Part shown: one piece after another, positions 29,047-38,101 of the stretch
How the letters are laid out: every line of letters begins with the position of its first letter
How positions within the stretch are numbered: position 1 is the stretch's first letter
NCBI GenBank assembly: GCA_018397065.1
Contig: JAGTRI010000004.1
Coordinates: forward strand, 8,595-72,594
DNA length: 64,000 nt
Direction: 5' to 3'
Origin: Candidatus Bathyarchaeota archaeon
GTDB taxonomy: Archaea > Thermoproteota > Bathyarchaeia > Bathyarchaeales > DTEX01
Notes under the pieces: generated by a model
The model's database searches: none
What the model saw: the letters and a program-made list of their open reading frames with translations, nothing else
What the model was told of the DNA's origin: nothing
Translations under genes and position numbers: made by a program

Positions 29047-29586
29047 ATGAAAAATCCGGTAAGGATAACAATAGCACTTGACAGCGAAACATATGAATTA
29101 CTCCAGAAGATGAAAAAAGAGATGAGGGTCTCTAAAAGCGAATTGATGAGAAATGCTTTACGGTTTTACTGCGAAAACAAGGATATGATAGACGCTTATA
29201 TGAAAAGTAAAGTAGAGTTTTACATTGATATGCTTTGCTCTGGAGAACACATGATCTTAGATGTCGATCATTGGCTTCTTTTCCTTAATTTATTAGAATC
29301 TCCATCTGAAAAGAATACTTTTTGGGATAAACATAGAGAAATAGCAAGAGCCCATGCAGATCAGCTGAAAGGCAAAGTTCGTTCAATTGAAGATCTTTTA
29401 GAAAGACTTGAGGCTTGTAACTTCTTCAGGAAAATCAAGAACTCGGAAAATGAATTCACTTTGGTTTTAGGATCGGAGACAGCAAAGGAATTTGTCAAGA
29501 TATTTCTTGAAGAATTCCTCGCATCTGCTGGTTTAAATGCGAGCATTAAAGAAAATTTGGCTAAACTTAGAGTTACATTCAATTGA
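29047..29586 (+). CDS. Ribbon-helix-helix (CopG-like) regulator with a C-terminal putative sensor domain
   Basis: RITIALDSETYELL...SKSELMRNALR RHH pattern followed by an ~125-aa domain. Confidence 0.75.
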   Translation: MKNPVRITIALDSETYELLQKMKKEMRVSKSELMRNALRFYCENKDMIDAYMKSKVEFYIDMLCSGEHMILDVDHWLLFLNLLESPSEKNTFWDKHREIARAHADQLKGKVRSIEDLLERLEACNFFRKIKNSENEFTLVLGSETAKEFVKIFLEEFLASAGLNASIKENLAKLRVTFN

Positions 29587-29713
29587 GTTCCTTCAAAAAT
29601 CATTCATTCTATTGTTATATTTTATATTTATTCATTCATATTTTTTCACAAAAAATATGAAAAAATCTCAAAAATGTTTATATTATTGAATTTTCATACA
29701 CCTGCCAAAAAAG

Positions 29714-30484
29714 GTGATAATAACGGAGCAAATAAATGTTGCAATCAAATCGCAAAGCAAAAAAGTCGAGTGGATTGACATTGGTGTCGAAGGTCTCTTA
29801 GACTTTATTCCAGGTCTACCTAAAGGTGATGCTATCCTTGTAAGGGGGGAACCTGGTACCGGAAAAACAATTCTATGTCTTCAATTCTTACACAAAGGAG
29901 CTGAAAATGGTGAGAAGTGTATATACATAACTACTGAGGAAACTCCTGAAACTCTTATGAGAACAGGTACTGAACTTTGGATTGATTTTCCAGATTTGGT
30001 TCAGAAAAAACAGGTGGTTATAGTGGATCTTTCTATAGCAGCAACTTACGATAGTGAGTTTTCAGTTATCAGCAAAGAAGAAGCAGTAGATATATTCATG
30101 AAAGGCTTAGCTGCGCAACCCGAAGCAACTAGAATAGTCGTAGATTCTCTTTCATCGCTAGAGCGAAGACTCGCAGATCCGGCGGACTTTAGAGAAGTCT
30201 TCATGAGACTCCTGCTGGAAGTAAAAAAGAGAAAGGCAACAACAATATTCTCGGCAGAAGGTATTCCTGTGAATCCAGACATCACAGAATACCTTGTCGA
30301 TCACTTGATATACCTAGACTATCACAAACACGACGTCATCTGGACGAGAGTCTTCATACTTAGAAAATCTAGAAGTGTGCCATTAAAACCGCAGATACTC
30401 AAATTAAACATTGAAAAAGAAGGGTTATCAGTAGAGGAAATACCCATCTCACTAAAGCCAGTATGGTTTGCAAGCAAACTCTAG
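29714..30484 (+). CDS. Single-domain KaiC-like (RecA superfamily) ATPase
   Basis: Walker A GEPGTGKT, TTEET, Walker B RIVVDSLS, LVDHLIYL and ILRKSR. Confidence 0.9.
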   Translation: MIITEQINVAIKSQSKKVEWIDIGVEGLLDFIPGLPKGDAILVRGEPGTGKTILCLQFLHKGAENGEKCIYITTEETPETLMRTGTELWIDFPDLVQKKQVVIVDLSIAATYDSEFSVISKEEAVDIFMKGLAAQPEATRIVVDSLSSLERRLADPADFREVFMRLLLEVKKRKATTIFSAEGIPVNPDITEYLVDHLIYLDYHKHDVIWTRVFILRKSRSVPLKPQILKLNIEKEGLSVEEIPISLKPVWFASKL

Positions 30485-30489
30485 GGTGA

Positions 30490-31818
30490 TTGAGAATGTC
30501 AACTTCACAAGATGAGACTTTTGCAGCAATACAGCAAGTTTTTGTAGTCGGATGGGCGCCGGTAGCAATATTAATAATGGCAACAGCAGGTTTTGCTCTT
30601 CTCTACGCCGGACTTGTACGAAAAAAGAATGTTGCTCACACCATAATCATGCTTAACATCGGCTGGACAATGGCTTTCCTACTATACTACCTGATAGGTT
30701 TTCCAATTGCATACTACACTAAAGAGCCAGTATTTGGTTTGCCTCAATTTATACCGACTATAGCCAATCCGTTGCCTGCAGCTCTATCCAGCACTGGAGC
30801 ATATGGTATTAGTGCGAGCCCTTCTGGATATGGAGATTTAGGATTATGGTTCAAAATGGCGATGTTTGCAATTACCACTATCGCTATAGTGCCTGGTGCA
30901 ACGGCTGAACGGGATAAACTTTGGGGATGGGTAATAGCTGCCGGAGCCATAGTGGCATTCCTATATCCAGTTGTTGAACATTGGGTATGGGGCGGAGGTT
31001 GGTTGGCACAGATAGGTTTCATTGACTATGCAGGATCTTCAGTCGTACACCTAGTTGGGGGCATGTTTGCGTTGATGGCTGCAATTGTAATTGGTCCAAG
31101 AACAGGTAAATTTGTCGGGAAGAGGAAAGAAGCCAGAGCCTTCTTTGGTCACAGCCTACCATTGTCAGTTATTGGCGCTTGGCTACTAGTATTCGGTTGG
31201 TTCGGCTTCAATGTAGGCTCGAGCATAGCTAACAGGGCTCAAACAATCAATGTTGAATTAGCATGGGTCGGTGTTACCACAGCAATGGCAATGGCAGGAG
31301 GACTATTTGGAGCAGCCGTAACCTCAAGAGGACATGCTTTAACATCAACAGCAGGCTTGCTTGCAGGTGCAGTTTCTATTTGCGCTGGAGCAGCAATCAT
31401 GAATCCTATATTCGCATTCATAACAGGCTTAATTGGTGGCATCATTACAACATTTGTTCAAGGTCTTATGGAGCTGAAATTTCACATTGACGATGCTTGC
31501 GTTTGTGTTCCAGTACATGCAGCATGTGGTCTATGGGGCACGGTCGCTGCCGGACTATTTGGTGTTAATATATTTGGCGCTCATCCAATATATGGAGTTT
31601 CCACAGTCGAGGCTTGGCTTCGCATGATAGGAATACAGATCGTAGGCGCATTAGCAATAATTGCATGGACTGGATTGACGGGCTTCATACTTTTCAAGAT
31701 GATAAACAAAATGGGATTACTACGTGCACAAAAAGACGCAGAACTGTTTGGCTTAGATATAGCGGATCACAAAACCTACGCTTATCCTGAAGATGAATTA
31801 GATAAAGAATTTCCATAG
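30490..31818 (+). CDS. amt: Ammonium transporter
   Basis: AGLVRKKN, GATAER, HWVWGGGWL, DYAGSSVVH, WFGFN, DDA...VH (twin His) and GLD C-terminal motif. Confidence 0.97.
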   Translation: MRMSTSQDETFAAIQQVFVVGWAPVAILIMATAGFALLYAGLVRKKNVAHTIIMLNIGWTMAFLLYYLIGFPIAYYTKEPVFGLPQFIPTIANPLPAALSSTGAYGISASPSGYGDLGLWFKMAMFAITTIAIVPGATAERDKLWGWVIAAGAIVAFLYPVVEHWVWGGGWLAQIGFIDYAGSSVVHLVGGMFALMAAIVIGPRTGKFVGKRKEARAFFGHSLPLSVIGAWLLVFGWFGFNVGSSIANRAQTINVELAWVGVTTAMAMAGGLFGAAVTSRGHALTSTAGLLAGAVSICAGAAIMNPIFAFITGLIGGIITTFVQGLMELKFHIDDACVCVPVHAACGLWGTVAAGLFGVNIFGAHPIYGVSTVEAWLRMIGIQIVGALAIIAWTGLTGFILFKMINKMGLLRAQKDAELFGLDIADHKTYAYPEDELDKEFP

Positions 31819-31827
31819 GTGAAAAAA

Positions 31828-31971
31828 ATGACTCAAACAATAGGAAGAGTATTAGAAGAAAAAAATATGGTTGAGCTATTTGCGGAAATAGAGGATTTGA
31901 AAAACCGAGTAAAACATCTTGAAGCCGCTGTGAACTCACTCAAACTGAAAATGGGTAGAAAATGGGTATAG
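31828..31971 (+). CDS. Unannotated 47-aa coiled-coil protein downstream of amt
   Basis: AGGTGA RBS overlapping the amt stop, then ATG. Translation MTQTIGRVLEEKNMVELFAEIEDLKNRVKHLEAAVNSLKLKMGRKWV shows a heptad pattern. Confidence 0.65.
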   Translation: MTQTIGRVLEEKNMVELFAEIEDLKNRVKHLEAAVNSLKLKMGRKWV

Positions 31972-32437
31972 TCGCAGCAACAGTGATGAAGTTCAATTTC
32001 AAGAAGAACGGCGATGTGATTGGATCTAAAAACTCGGCTATGTCAAAGCCTATGAAGAAGATGGTACGCCAGCTTGAGACTACACGAAGTTAAGCAAGAG
32101 ATAATCAAAGCGGACGGTTGGAGCTGTAAATGAAAAGGCAATCAGGGGTCTCTTACCAAAGACTACCATATTGGTCACGGATGAAAGAAATCGGGAAAAC
32201 CATTAAAGGTCCTTGCGACAACTGAGGAATGGGTGTGTTTGGCGATGGAAAATCTTTGTGCTATATATTCATTAGATAGCATATTAACACAGGACAGAGG
32301 AACGGTGGATAGACACTACACAACCTTCTTTTTCTACTTTACTTGATGTTTTGAAAAAAATATAAAAGGCTCAAGCAAGTGATTGACAAAATAATAAGTA
32401 TCAGAAGCTTTTTCGTAGAAATATCGAGGAGAAAAAA

Positions 32438-34105
32438 TTGAGAATCGCAATGGCTCAAATAAATCCAACTGTCGGAGATCTTGATGGAAACGCTGAGAAA
32501 ATTTCTGATTACATAAAAGAAGCTGAAAGACATAAAGCTGAGTTGGTGGTTTTTCCCGAATTAGCTGTCACTGGCTATCCTCCTCTGGATCTGTTGCGTG
32601 AAAAATCGTTTGTCAAAGACAATATTAAGGTTGTAAAAAATATAGTTAAGATGAATAAGAGCATAATCGGCGTAGTTGGTTTTGTCGATCATAGGAAAGA
32701 CAAACTATTTAATGCTGCAGCTGTTTTTGAGGGAAACAGAATTGTTGGTATAGCGCACAAAGCTCTCCTGCCTACATACGATGTTTTTGACGAGGATAGA
32801 TATTTTGTTCCAGCGAAAGAGGATGAAATTCAACCTTTAAGTGTGAATATAGGTGGAAGGCAAGTTAAATTAGGTGTCGAAATTTGTGAAGATTTGTGGG
32901 ACAAGAAATACGAGGTTAAGGTTACTGATATCCTTGTGAAACGTGGAGCACAAGTTATAATTAATATTTCGGCTTCACCGTTTTATGCTGGGAAAAGGTT
33001 TGAACGCGAGAGACTGCTTAGGGAAAAAGCCCAAAAGCTGCATGTTCCAATTTTTTACGTCAATCTTGTTGGTGGCCAAGACGAGCTTGTTTTCGACGGC
33101 CAAAGCATGGGTGTTGACGCTGAGGGGAACTTCATCGCGTTTGGCAAACAGTTTCAGGAAGACTTTATAGTGGTTGATATTGACAGCACAACTTGGACTG
33201 CGCCCAAGGTCACTGTTCCAACGTATTGCGAAGAGGAAGAAAAATTTAATGCGTTGGTTTTAGGTATTCGAGATTACTACAGGAAAACAGGCTTCGAAAA
33301 AGCTGTTGTCGGAATGAGTGGCGGAATTGACTCTTCATTAACTACATGCATCGCTGTTGAAGCCTTAGGAAAAGAAAACGTCATCGGCGTTTCCATGCCG
33401 TCAAAATATTCAAGCGAGCACAGCAAGACCGATGCAGAGAAATTGGCGAATAACTTAGGGATATGTTTTGTAAAATTTTCGATTAATGAGATCATTGAAA
33501 GCTACAAAAGAACACTTGATGAACCTCTTAAGATGATTAGAAAACATTTTGGCGTTCACGAGTCAGAGGATGACCCGATTGCTGACGAAAATATTCAGCC
33601 TAGAACTAGAGGAAATTGTCTTATGGATATTTCTAATCGATTGAAGGCATTGAAAATTTTGGTTTTAAATACGGGGAATAAGACTGAGCTTGCGTTGGGA
33701 TACTGCACTTTGTATGGGGATATGGCTGGGGGAATAGGAGCTTTGGGCGACGTTAGCAAGCTTGACGTGTACAAGCTAGCTAGGTATGTTAACACTAAAG
33801 CTGGGAGGGAAATCATTCCAGAGAATGTTTTTAGGAAGAAGCCGTCGCCTGAGTTGAAGGAAGGTCAGTTTGATCCGTTTGACTTTGATATTGTTAGTCC
33901 TTTAGTTGACGAAATAATTGAGCGCCACAGAAGTCGAAAAGAATTAGTTAGGATGGGATATCCCAAGGCTGTTGTGGACGATGTTTATAATCGAATAAGG
34001 AGGTCTGAATACAAGAGATGGCAGGCGGTTCCTTGTATAAAGATTACTAAGCAGGCTTTTGGAATCGGTTGGAGGATGCCTATAGTCAATAAATACAAAG
34101 GCTAG
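32438..34105 (+). CDS. nadE: Glutamine-dependent NAD+ synthetase
   Basis: Nitrilase triad (FPEL, K in HKALLP, ICEDLW) plus synthetase motifs SGGIDS, ENIQPR, TGNKTE, GYCTLYGD and PSPEL. Confidence 0.95.
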   Translation: MRIAMAQINPTVGDLDGNAEKISDYIKEAERHKAELVVFPELAVTGYPPLDLLREKSFVKDNIKVVKNIVKMNKSIIGVVGFVDHRKDKLFNAAAVFEGNRIVGIAHKALLPTYDVFDEDRYFVPAKEDEIQPLSVNIGGRQVKLGVEICEDLWDKKYEVKVTDILVKRGAQVIINISASPFYAGKRFERERLLREKAQKLHVPIFYVNLVGGQDELVFDGQSMGVDAEGNFIAFGKQFQEDFIVVDIDSTTWTAPKVTVPTYCEEEEKFNALVLGIRDYYRKTGFEKAVVGMSGGIDSSLTTCIAVEALGKENVIGVSMPSKYSSEHSKTDAEKLANNLGICFVKFSINEIIESYKRTLDEPLKMIRKHFGVHESEDDPIADENIQPRTRGNCLMDISNRLKALKILVLNTGNKTELALGYCTLYGDMAGGIGALGDVSKLDVYKLARYVNTKAGREIIPENVFRKKPSPELKEGQFDPFDFDIVSPLVDEIIERHRSRKELVRMGYPKAVVDDVYNRIRRSEYKRWQAVPCIKITKQAFGIGWRMPIVNKYKG

Positions 34106-34181
34106 AATCGCAGAGATACGGGATGACATTTTGATAATAATCCGTTGTGCGATAAGTTTCTGAAAAACTGCGTTTTTTGAG

Positions 34182-34739
34182 CTATGACATAGTGTCAAAG
34201 GCAATATTTGAGACAACCTTTAGAAGATCTGAACGGGTGATAATGCCAACCAGTTTCCCTTTCTTTGTCACCAAAACGCCCGAGTTCTTTTCCAAGAGAG
34301 GCCTAATTACGGCAATGTCCGTGTCTTCTGGGACGCTTGGGAAGGGCGGCTTCATTATTTTTTCCAATGTCTCCTCTGCAATGTTGGGGTTTAGGTTTCT
34401 GATGATTGATTCTTCAGTAATCATTCCTACGACTTTTCCGTCGTCAATTATGGGCAGTTGCGAGATTGCATGTCTTACCATGATTTCGCTTGCCTCCCTA
34501 ATCTTATCTTTGGGGGTTGCGGTGATCACGTTGCGGGTCATGATTTCTGCGCATTTTCTTCCTTTTCCTCCTTCGAGTATCTCTAGAATCTTGTTTACTG
34601 TTGAAAGTCTTGGATCCACTTTTTCACTTTCTATTTTCGCGATGTGAGCTTGTGACACTCCAACCATCTTTGCAAGCTGGCTTTGTGTTAGACCTGCCTC
34701 AAGTCTTTTTTTCTTTAGGATGGATCCTGTTAATGGCAA
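34182..34739 (-). CDS. XRE-type HTH plus CBS-pair regulator
   Basis: LTQSQLAKMVGVSQAHIAKIE...DPRLST followed by two CBS domains. Confidence 0.93.
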   Translation of the reverse strand: MPLTGSILKKKRLEAGLTQSQLAKMVGVSQAHIAKIESEKVDPRLSTVNKILEILEGGKGRKCAEIMTRNVITATPKDKIREASEIMVRHAISQLPIIDDGKVVGMITEESIIRNLNPNIAEETLEKIMKPPFPSVPEDTDIAVIRPLLEKNSGVLVTKKGKLVGIITRSDLLKVVSNIAFDTMS

Positions 34740-34927
34740 AGAATAACCACCAGTTATTTTTTATGTATTATATTGTTGACTGATTCTTATGTGTTTTTCT
34801 TTCAAGTTATTGACGGTCTATGACCCGTTGAATATATAATAATGCATGTTTTGTGTAAAGATTATTCCGTAAAGTATATATTCAATTAAGGCGTTAGCAC
34901 AGAACAAGATGGAACGGTGTAATTTCC

Positions 34928-36136
34928 ATGAGAAACATTGTTGTCACAGATTTAAGGCAGATTCCTTTGGAAAACCAAAGAATTGAAGTAATTGAGAGAA
35001 AGGGGCTTGGGCATCCAGATACTATTTGCGATAGTATAATGAACGATATCTCAATTAATCTTAGCAAGGAGTACTTGAAGAGGACTGGAAGCATTTTGCA
35101 TCACAATATTGATAAGGCTCTTTTGGCTGCTGGGCATGTAGAAACTCGGTTTAAGGGTGGCATAGTAAAAAAGCCGATGAAGCTAATTTTTGGCGATAGG
35201 GCAACATACGAGATTGACGGAGACGAAGTTCCCGTTGAGGAGATTGCGGTTCAAACAGCGAAACAGTGGTTCAAAAAGAACATGCGATTTGTAAATCCTG
35301 ATGAGCATGTTGTGTATCAGGTAGAGATTCAGCCAGGTTCATCAGCTTTGACGGATATTTTTAGAAGAGGCGGTAGAGTTCTTGAGGCAAATGACACTTC
35401 CGCAGCTGTTGGTTGGGCGCCTCTTACGAAGACGGAGATTGCTGTCTTAAAGACGGAGAATTACTTGAATTCAAAGGAGTTTAAAAAGAGTTTTCCAGAG
35501 TCCGGTGAAGACATTAAGGTTATGGGTTTGAGAAAAGATGATAATTTAGAATTGATTATTTCAATGGCCTTTGTTGACCGTTTCATTGAAAGTGAAAAAC
35601 ACTATTTTAAATTGAAAGAAGAGATTCTTGAAAACGCTAAGCAGCATGTTGAGAAGAATAACAGCTTCTCTAAGACGCAGGTGCAGCTGAACACTTTGGA
35701 CACTCCTGGAAGAGGGATAGATGGAATTTACCTAACTGTTTTAGGTACAAGCGCAGATGGGGCTGATTCAGGTCAAGTAGGTAGAGGAAACAGGGCTAAT
35801 GGGCTTATTTCGCTTAATCGACCTCAGTGTTCGGAGGCTGCGGCTGGCAAGAACCCGGTTAGTCACGTTGGTAAAATCTATAATTTATTGACTTTTCAGA
35901 TTGCAAACAAGATTCATCAGCAGGTTCAGGATGTTAAAGAGGTGTATGTTTGGCTGTTGAGTAAAATTGGGCAACCTATTGATCAACCAACAGTAGCAGC
36001 AGTTCAGATTATCCCGGATGGGCATGTTTCTTTTGATAAGGTTAAGAAGGAAGCAGCTGAAGTTGTTGATTCTGAGCTTGAAAACATTGAAAAATTCTGT
36101 ATGGAGTTAGCTATAGGCAAGATTCCTGTGTGTTAG
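34928..36136 (+). CDS. mat: Archaeal S-adenosylmethionine synthetase
   Basis: ERKGLGHPDTICD, HHNIDK, ANDTS, GEDIKVM, DSGQVGRGNR, AGKNPVSHVGKIYN. Confidence 0.96.
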   Translation: MRNIVVTDLRQIPLENQRIEVIERKGLGHPDTICDSIMNDISINLSKEYLKRTGSILHHNIDKALLAAGHVETRFKGGIVKKPMKLIFGDRATYEIDGDEVPVEEIAVQTAKQWFKKNMRFVNPDEHVVYQVEIQPGSSALTDIFRRGGRVLEANDTSAAVGWAPLTKTEIAVLKTENYLNSKEFKKSFPESGEDIKVMGLRKDDNLELIISMAFVDRFIESEKHYFKLKEEILENAKQHVEKNNSFSKTQVQLNTLDTPGRGIDGIYLTVLGTSADGADSGQVGRGNRANGLISLNRPQCSEAAAGKNPVSHVGKIYNLLTFQIANKIHQQVQDVKEVYVWLLSKIGQPIDQPTVAAVQIIPDGHVSFDKVKKEAAEVVDSELENIEKFCMELAIGKIPVC

Positions 36137-36154
36137 CGTGCCGTTTTTTGTTTT

Positions 36155-37048
36155 TTACTTTAGGATTATGATTGAGCCGTATCCTACGATTAGGTCTTTT
36201 CCTCCGCCGGTGTCGTGGCTTGTCGCATATTTTAGGAGTTTAGCTTCTTTTGCGCCTAGTTCTTTAGCTCCAACTATCATCGTGGCGACTGGAAGGGAAC
36301 CGCACATTGTGTAGCCTTTTTCTTGAACTGTGTTAACCAGTTTTTCCGCGTCTAATTTTAGGATGATGTCTATGATGGATTTGTCTGCGTCGTTCATCCA
36401 CTTTAAAGCTTTTTCGAATGGTCTCATTCCGACAGGCGCATACCCGTAGTTTGGACCATAATGAATGAAGTCTGTGCTTCCTAGAATGACTGTGTCTTTT
36501 TGTCGGTCTTTTACTGCTTTTGCAATTGCTTTGCCAACGTTTTCGCACATTACGTAGTCGCTGTAGCCTACAGTTATGGGTACGATTTTGAAGTTTCCGT
36601 TGTAGATGTATTGGAGAAATGGAAGTTGGATCTCGATTGAGTGCTCTTGGTCGTGTGCCTCCGGGTTTATGTCTATGTACTCAGAATTTTTTGCAATGGC
36701 TTTTGCAAGTTCTGAGTCCACTTCCACGTCTCCTAGTGGCATCTTCCAGACTCCTTCAAGCATCGTGTTGAAGCCTGGGTAGCCCCTGTGATTTACTCCT
36801 ATGATTACGAAGGTTTCTGGCGTTCCATCTTTTGCTATGCTGTGGTAGGCGTGTCCGGCGATAGGTCCTGAGTAGATGAGTCCAGCGTGGGGAACTACTG
36901 CTCCAACTATGCGTCTTTCTCCGTGCTCTTGGATTTTAGGGAGTTCTCCGACTCCGTGTTTTGAGGTGAAACACCATTCTATTTCTTCTTGTTCTTCTTT
37001 GCTGTTGAAGGGGTGAAACCCCCAAGCTGAAGGTCTTCTAACCCTCAT
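36155..37048 (-). CDS. MEMO1-family protein (AmmeMemoRadiSam system protein B)
   Basis: PHAGLIYSG, GVNH, EHSIEIQLPFLQ, STDFIHYG, TMCG and VGYGS. Confidence 0.92.
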   Translation of the reverse strand: MRVRRPSAWGFHPFNSKEEQEEIEWCFTSKHGVGELPKIQEHGERRIVGAVVPHAGLIYSGPIAGHAYHSIAKDGTPETFVIIGVNHRGYPGFNTMLEGVWKMPLGDVEVDSELAKAIAKNSEYIDINPEAHDQEHSIEIQLPFLQYIYNGNFKIVPITVGYSDYVMCENVGKAIAKAVKDRQKDTVILGSTDFIHYGPNYGYAPVGMRPFEKALKWMNDADKSIIDIILKLDAEKLVNTVQEKGYTMCGSLPVATMIVGAKELGAKEAKLLKYATSHDTGGGKDLIVGYGSIIILK

Positions 37049-37154
37049 TCTTAATCCCTAAGAATACATATGTTGAGGAAATATAAAAACGACGAAAAGT
37101 TGAGCTGTTTTCTGACGTTTCAAGCATGTCGAATCTGTTTTGCACACTGGTTTT

Positions 37155-37299
37155 TTGTTTCTTTCTTTTTTGTGTGTTGTTGAGGGAGGAGGGGTTATAT
37201 ATAGTCTGGTTAGCTTTCTTGTCCATTTTTTCACGTTCGTGCTTATTCCGTGCACTTTGAATTTTTTTCTTTATATAGGCTTTATGGAAACATGTGGAA
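37155..37299 (-). repeat. Dispersed non-coding repeat, copy B (inverted relative to 4999-5140)
   Basis: Minus strand reads TTCCACATGTTTCCATAAAGCCTATATAAAGAAAAAAATTC...AACCAGACTATATATAACCCCTCCTCCCTCAACAACA. Confidence 0.85.
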
Positions 37300-37405
37300 G
37301 ACTTTGTTTTGTAGATGGCTTTTTATGTGATTGGTTTTTGTATGTTATATACTATGGTTTATTGTATTTCAGCGGTTGGTAGGGTTTTGATTTGGAGGCA
37401 GAAGT

Positions 37406-38071
37406 TTGATCAAGTTTGTTATAGGTGAGGACATAAAGGCTGCGTTTCCTGATTTGATAATTTTGGTTGCACAAATCAGCGATGTTAATGTCCGATCATC
37501 TGATTTGGAGCTTGAGGAGTTCAAGAAGCTCGTAATTGGAGAAACGCAACGGTTTTATGATGCTGAAACGCTTAAGGATAGGCCTGTGCTAAGGGCTTAC
37601 CGTGACTTCTTTTGGAGAATCAAGGTTGACCCTACAAAGGTTCGTCCTGCAGCTGAGGCTCTGATTCGAAGAATTGTTGTTGGGAACCCGTTGCCTCGTA
37701 TAAACACGTTTGTTGACGCCTACAATCTTGCTTCAGTTAAGACGGAGGTCGCCGTTGCCGCGTTCGATGCTGACAGGCTGCGTGGAGATTTAAGGCTGCG
37801 ATTCTCAGAAAAGGGTGAAAAGTTCCTCGGAATTGGAATGAGTAAGCCCTTGCAGCTTCAAGACGGCGAAATCGTGGTTCAGGACGACGAGAAACTTGTC
37901 GCCGTTTACCCTTACCGGGACGCTGAAGACTCGAAGGTCACGGAAGCCACCAAAAATGTCGTGTTGCTGTTTTGCGGTGTTCCAGGTATAAGTGAAGAAA
38001 AACTGTTGGAAGCAAAGAATGTTACAGTTGATTACGTGACAAAGTTTTGTGGTGGAACCGTAAAAGTTTAG
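37406..38071 (+). CDS. Stand-alone B3/B4 domain protein (tRNA-editing-like)
   Basis: AYRDFFWRIKVDPTKVRPAAEALIRR, INTFVDAYNLAS, AFDAD, YPYRD. Confidence 0.88.
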   Translation: MIKFVIGEDIKAAFPDLIILVAQISDVNVRSSDLELEEFKKLVIGETQRFYDAETLKDRPVLRAYRDFFWRIKVDPTKVRPAAEALIRRIVVGNPLPRINTFVDAYNLASVKTEVAVAAFDADRLRGDLRLRFSEKGEKFLGIGMSKPLQLQDGEIVVQDDEKLVAVYPYRDAEDSKVTEATKNVVLLFCGVPGISEEKLLEAKNVTVDYVTKFCGGTVKV

Positions 38072-38101
38072 AACGTAGAAGAACACGTGAAAAGGGGAAA
38101 A

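Noticed and set aside
31816-31830. TAG read-through (pyrrolysine) fusing amt to the in-frame downstream ORF
   Set aside because: amt ends shortly after its normal C-terminal motif, the small ORF has its own RBS and ATG, and no pyl genes are present.
32130-32279. Short ORF ending KGPCDN-TGA-GMG (possible CxxU selenoprotein)
   Set aside because: No recognisable family, RBS or SECIS hairpin, and no Sec machinery in the window; more likely chance or a decayed fragment.
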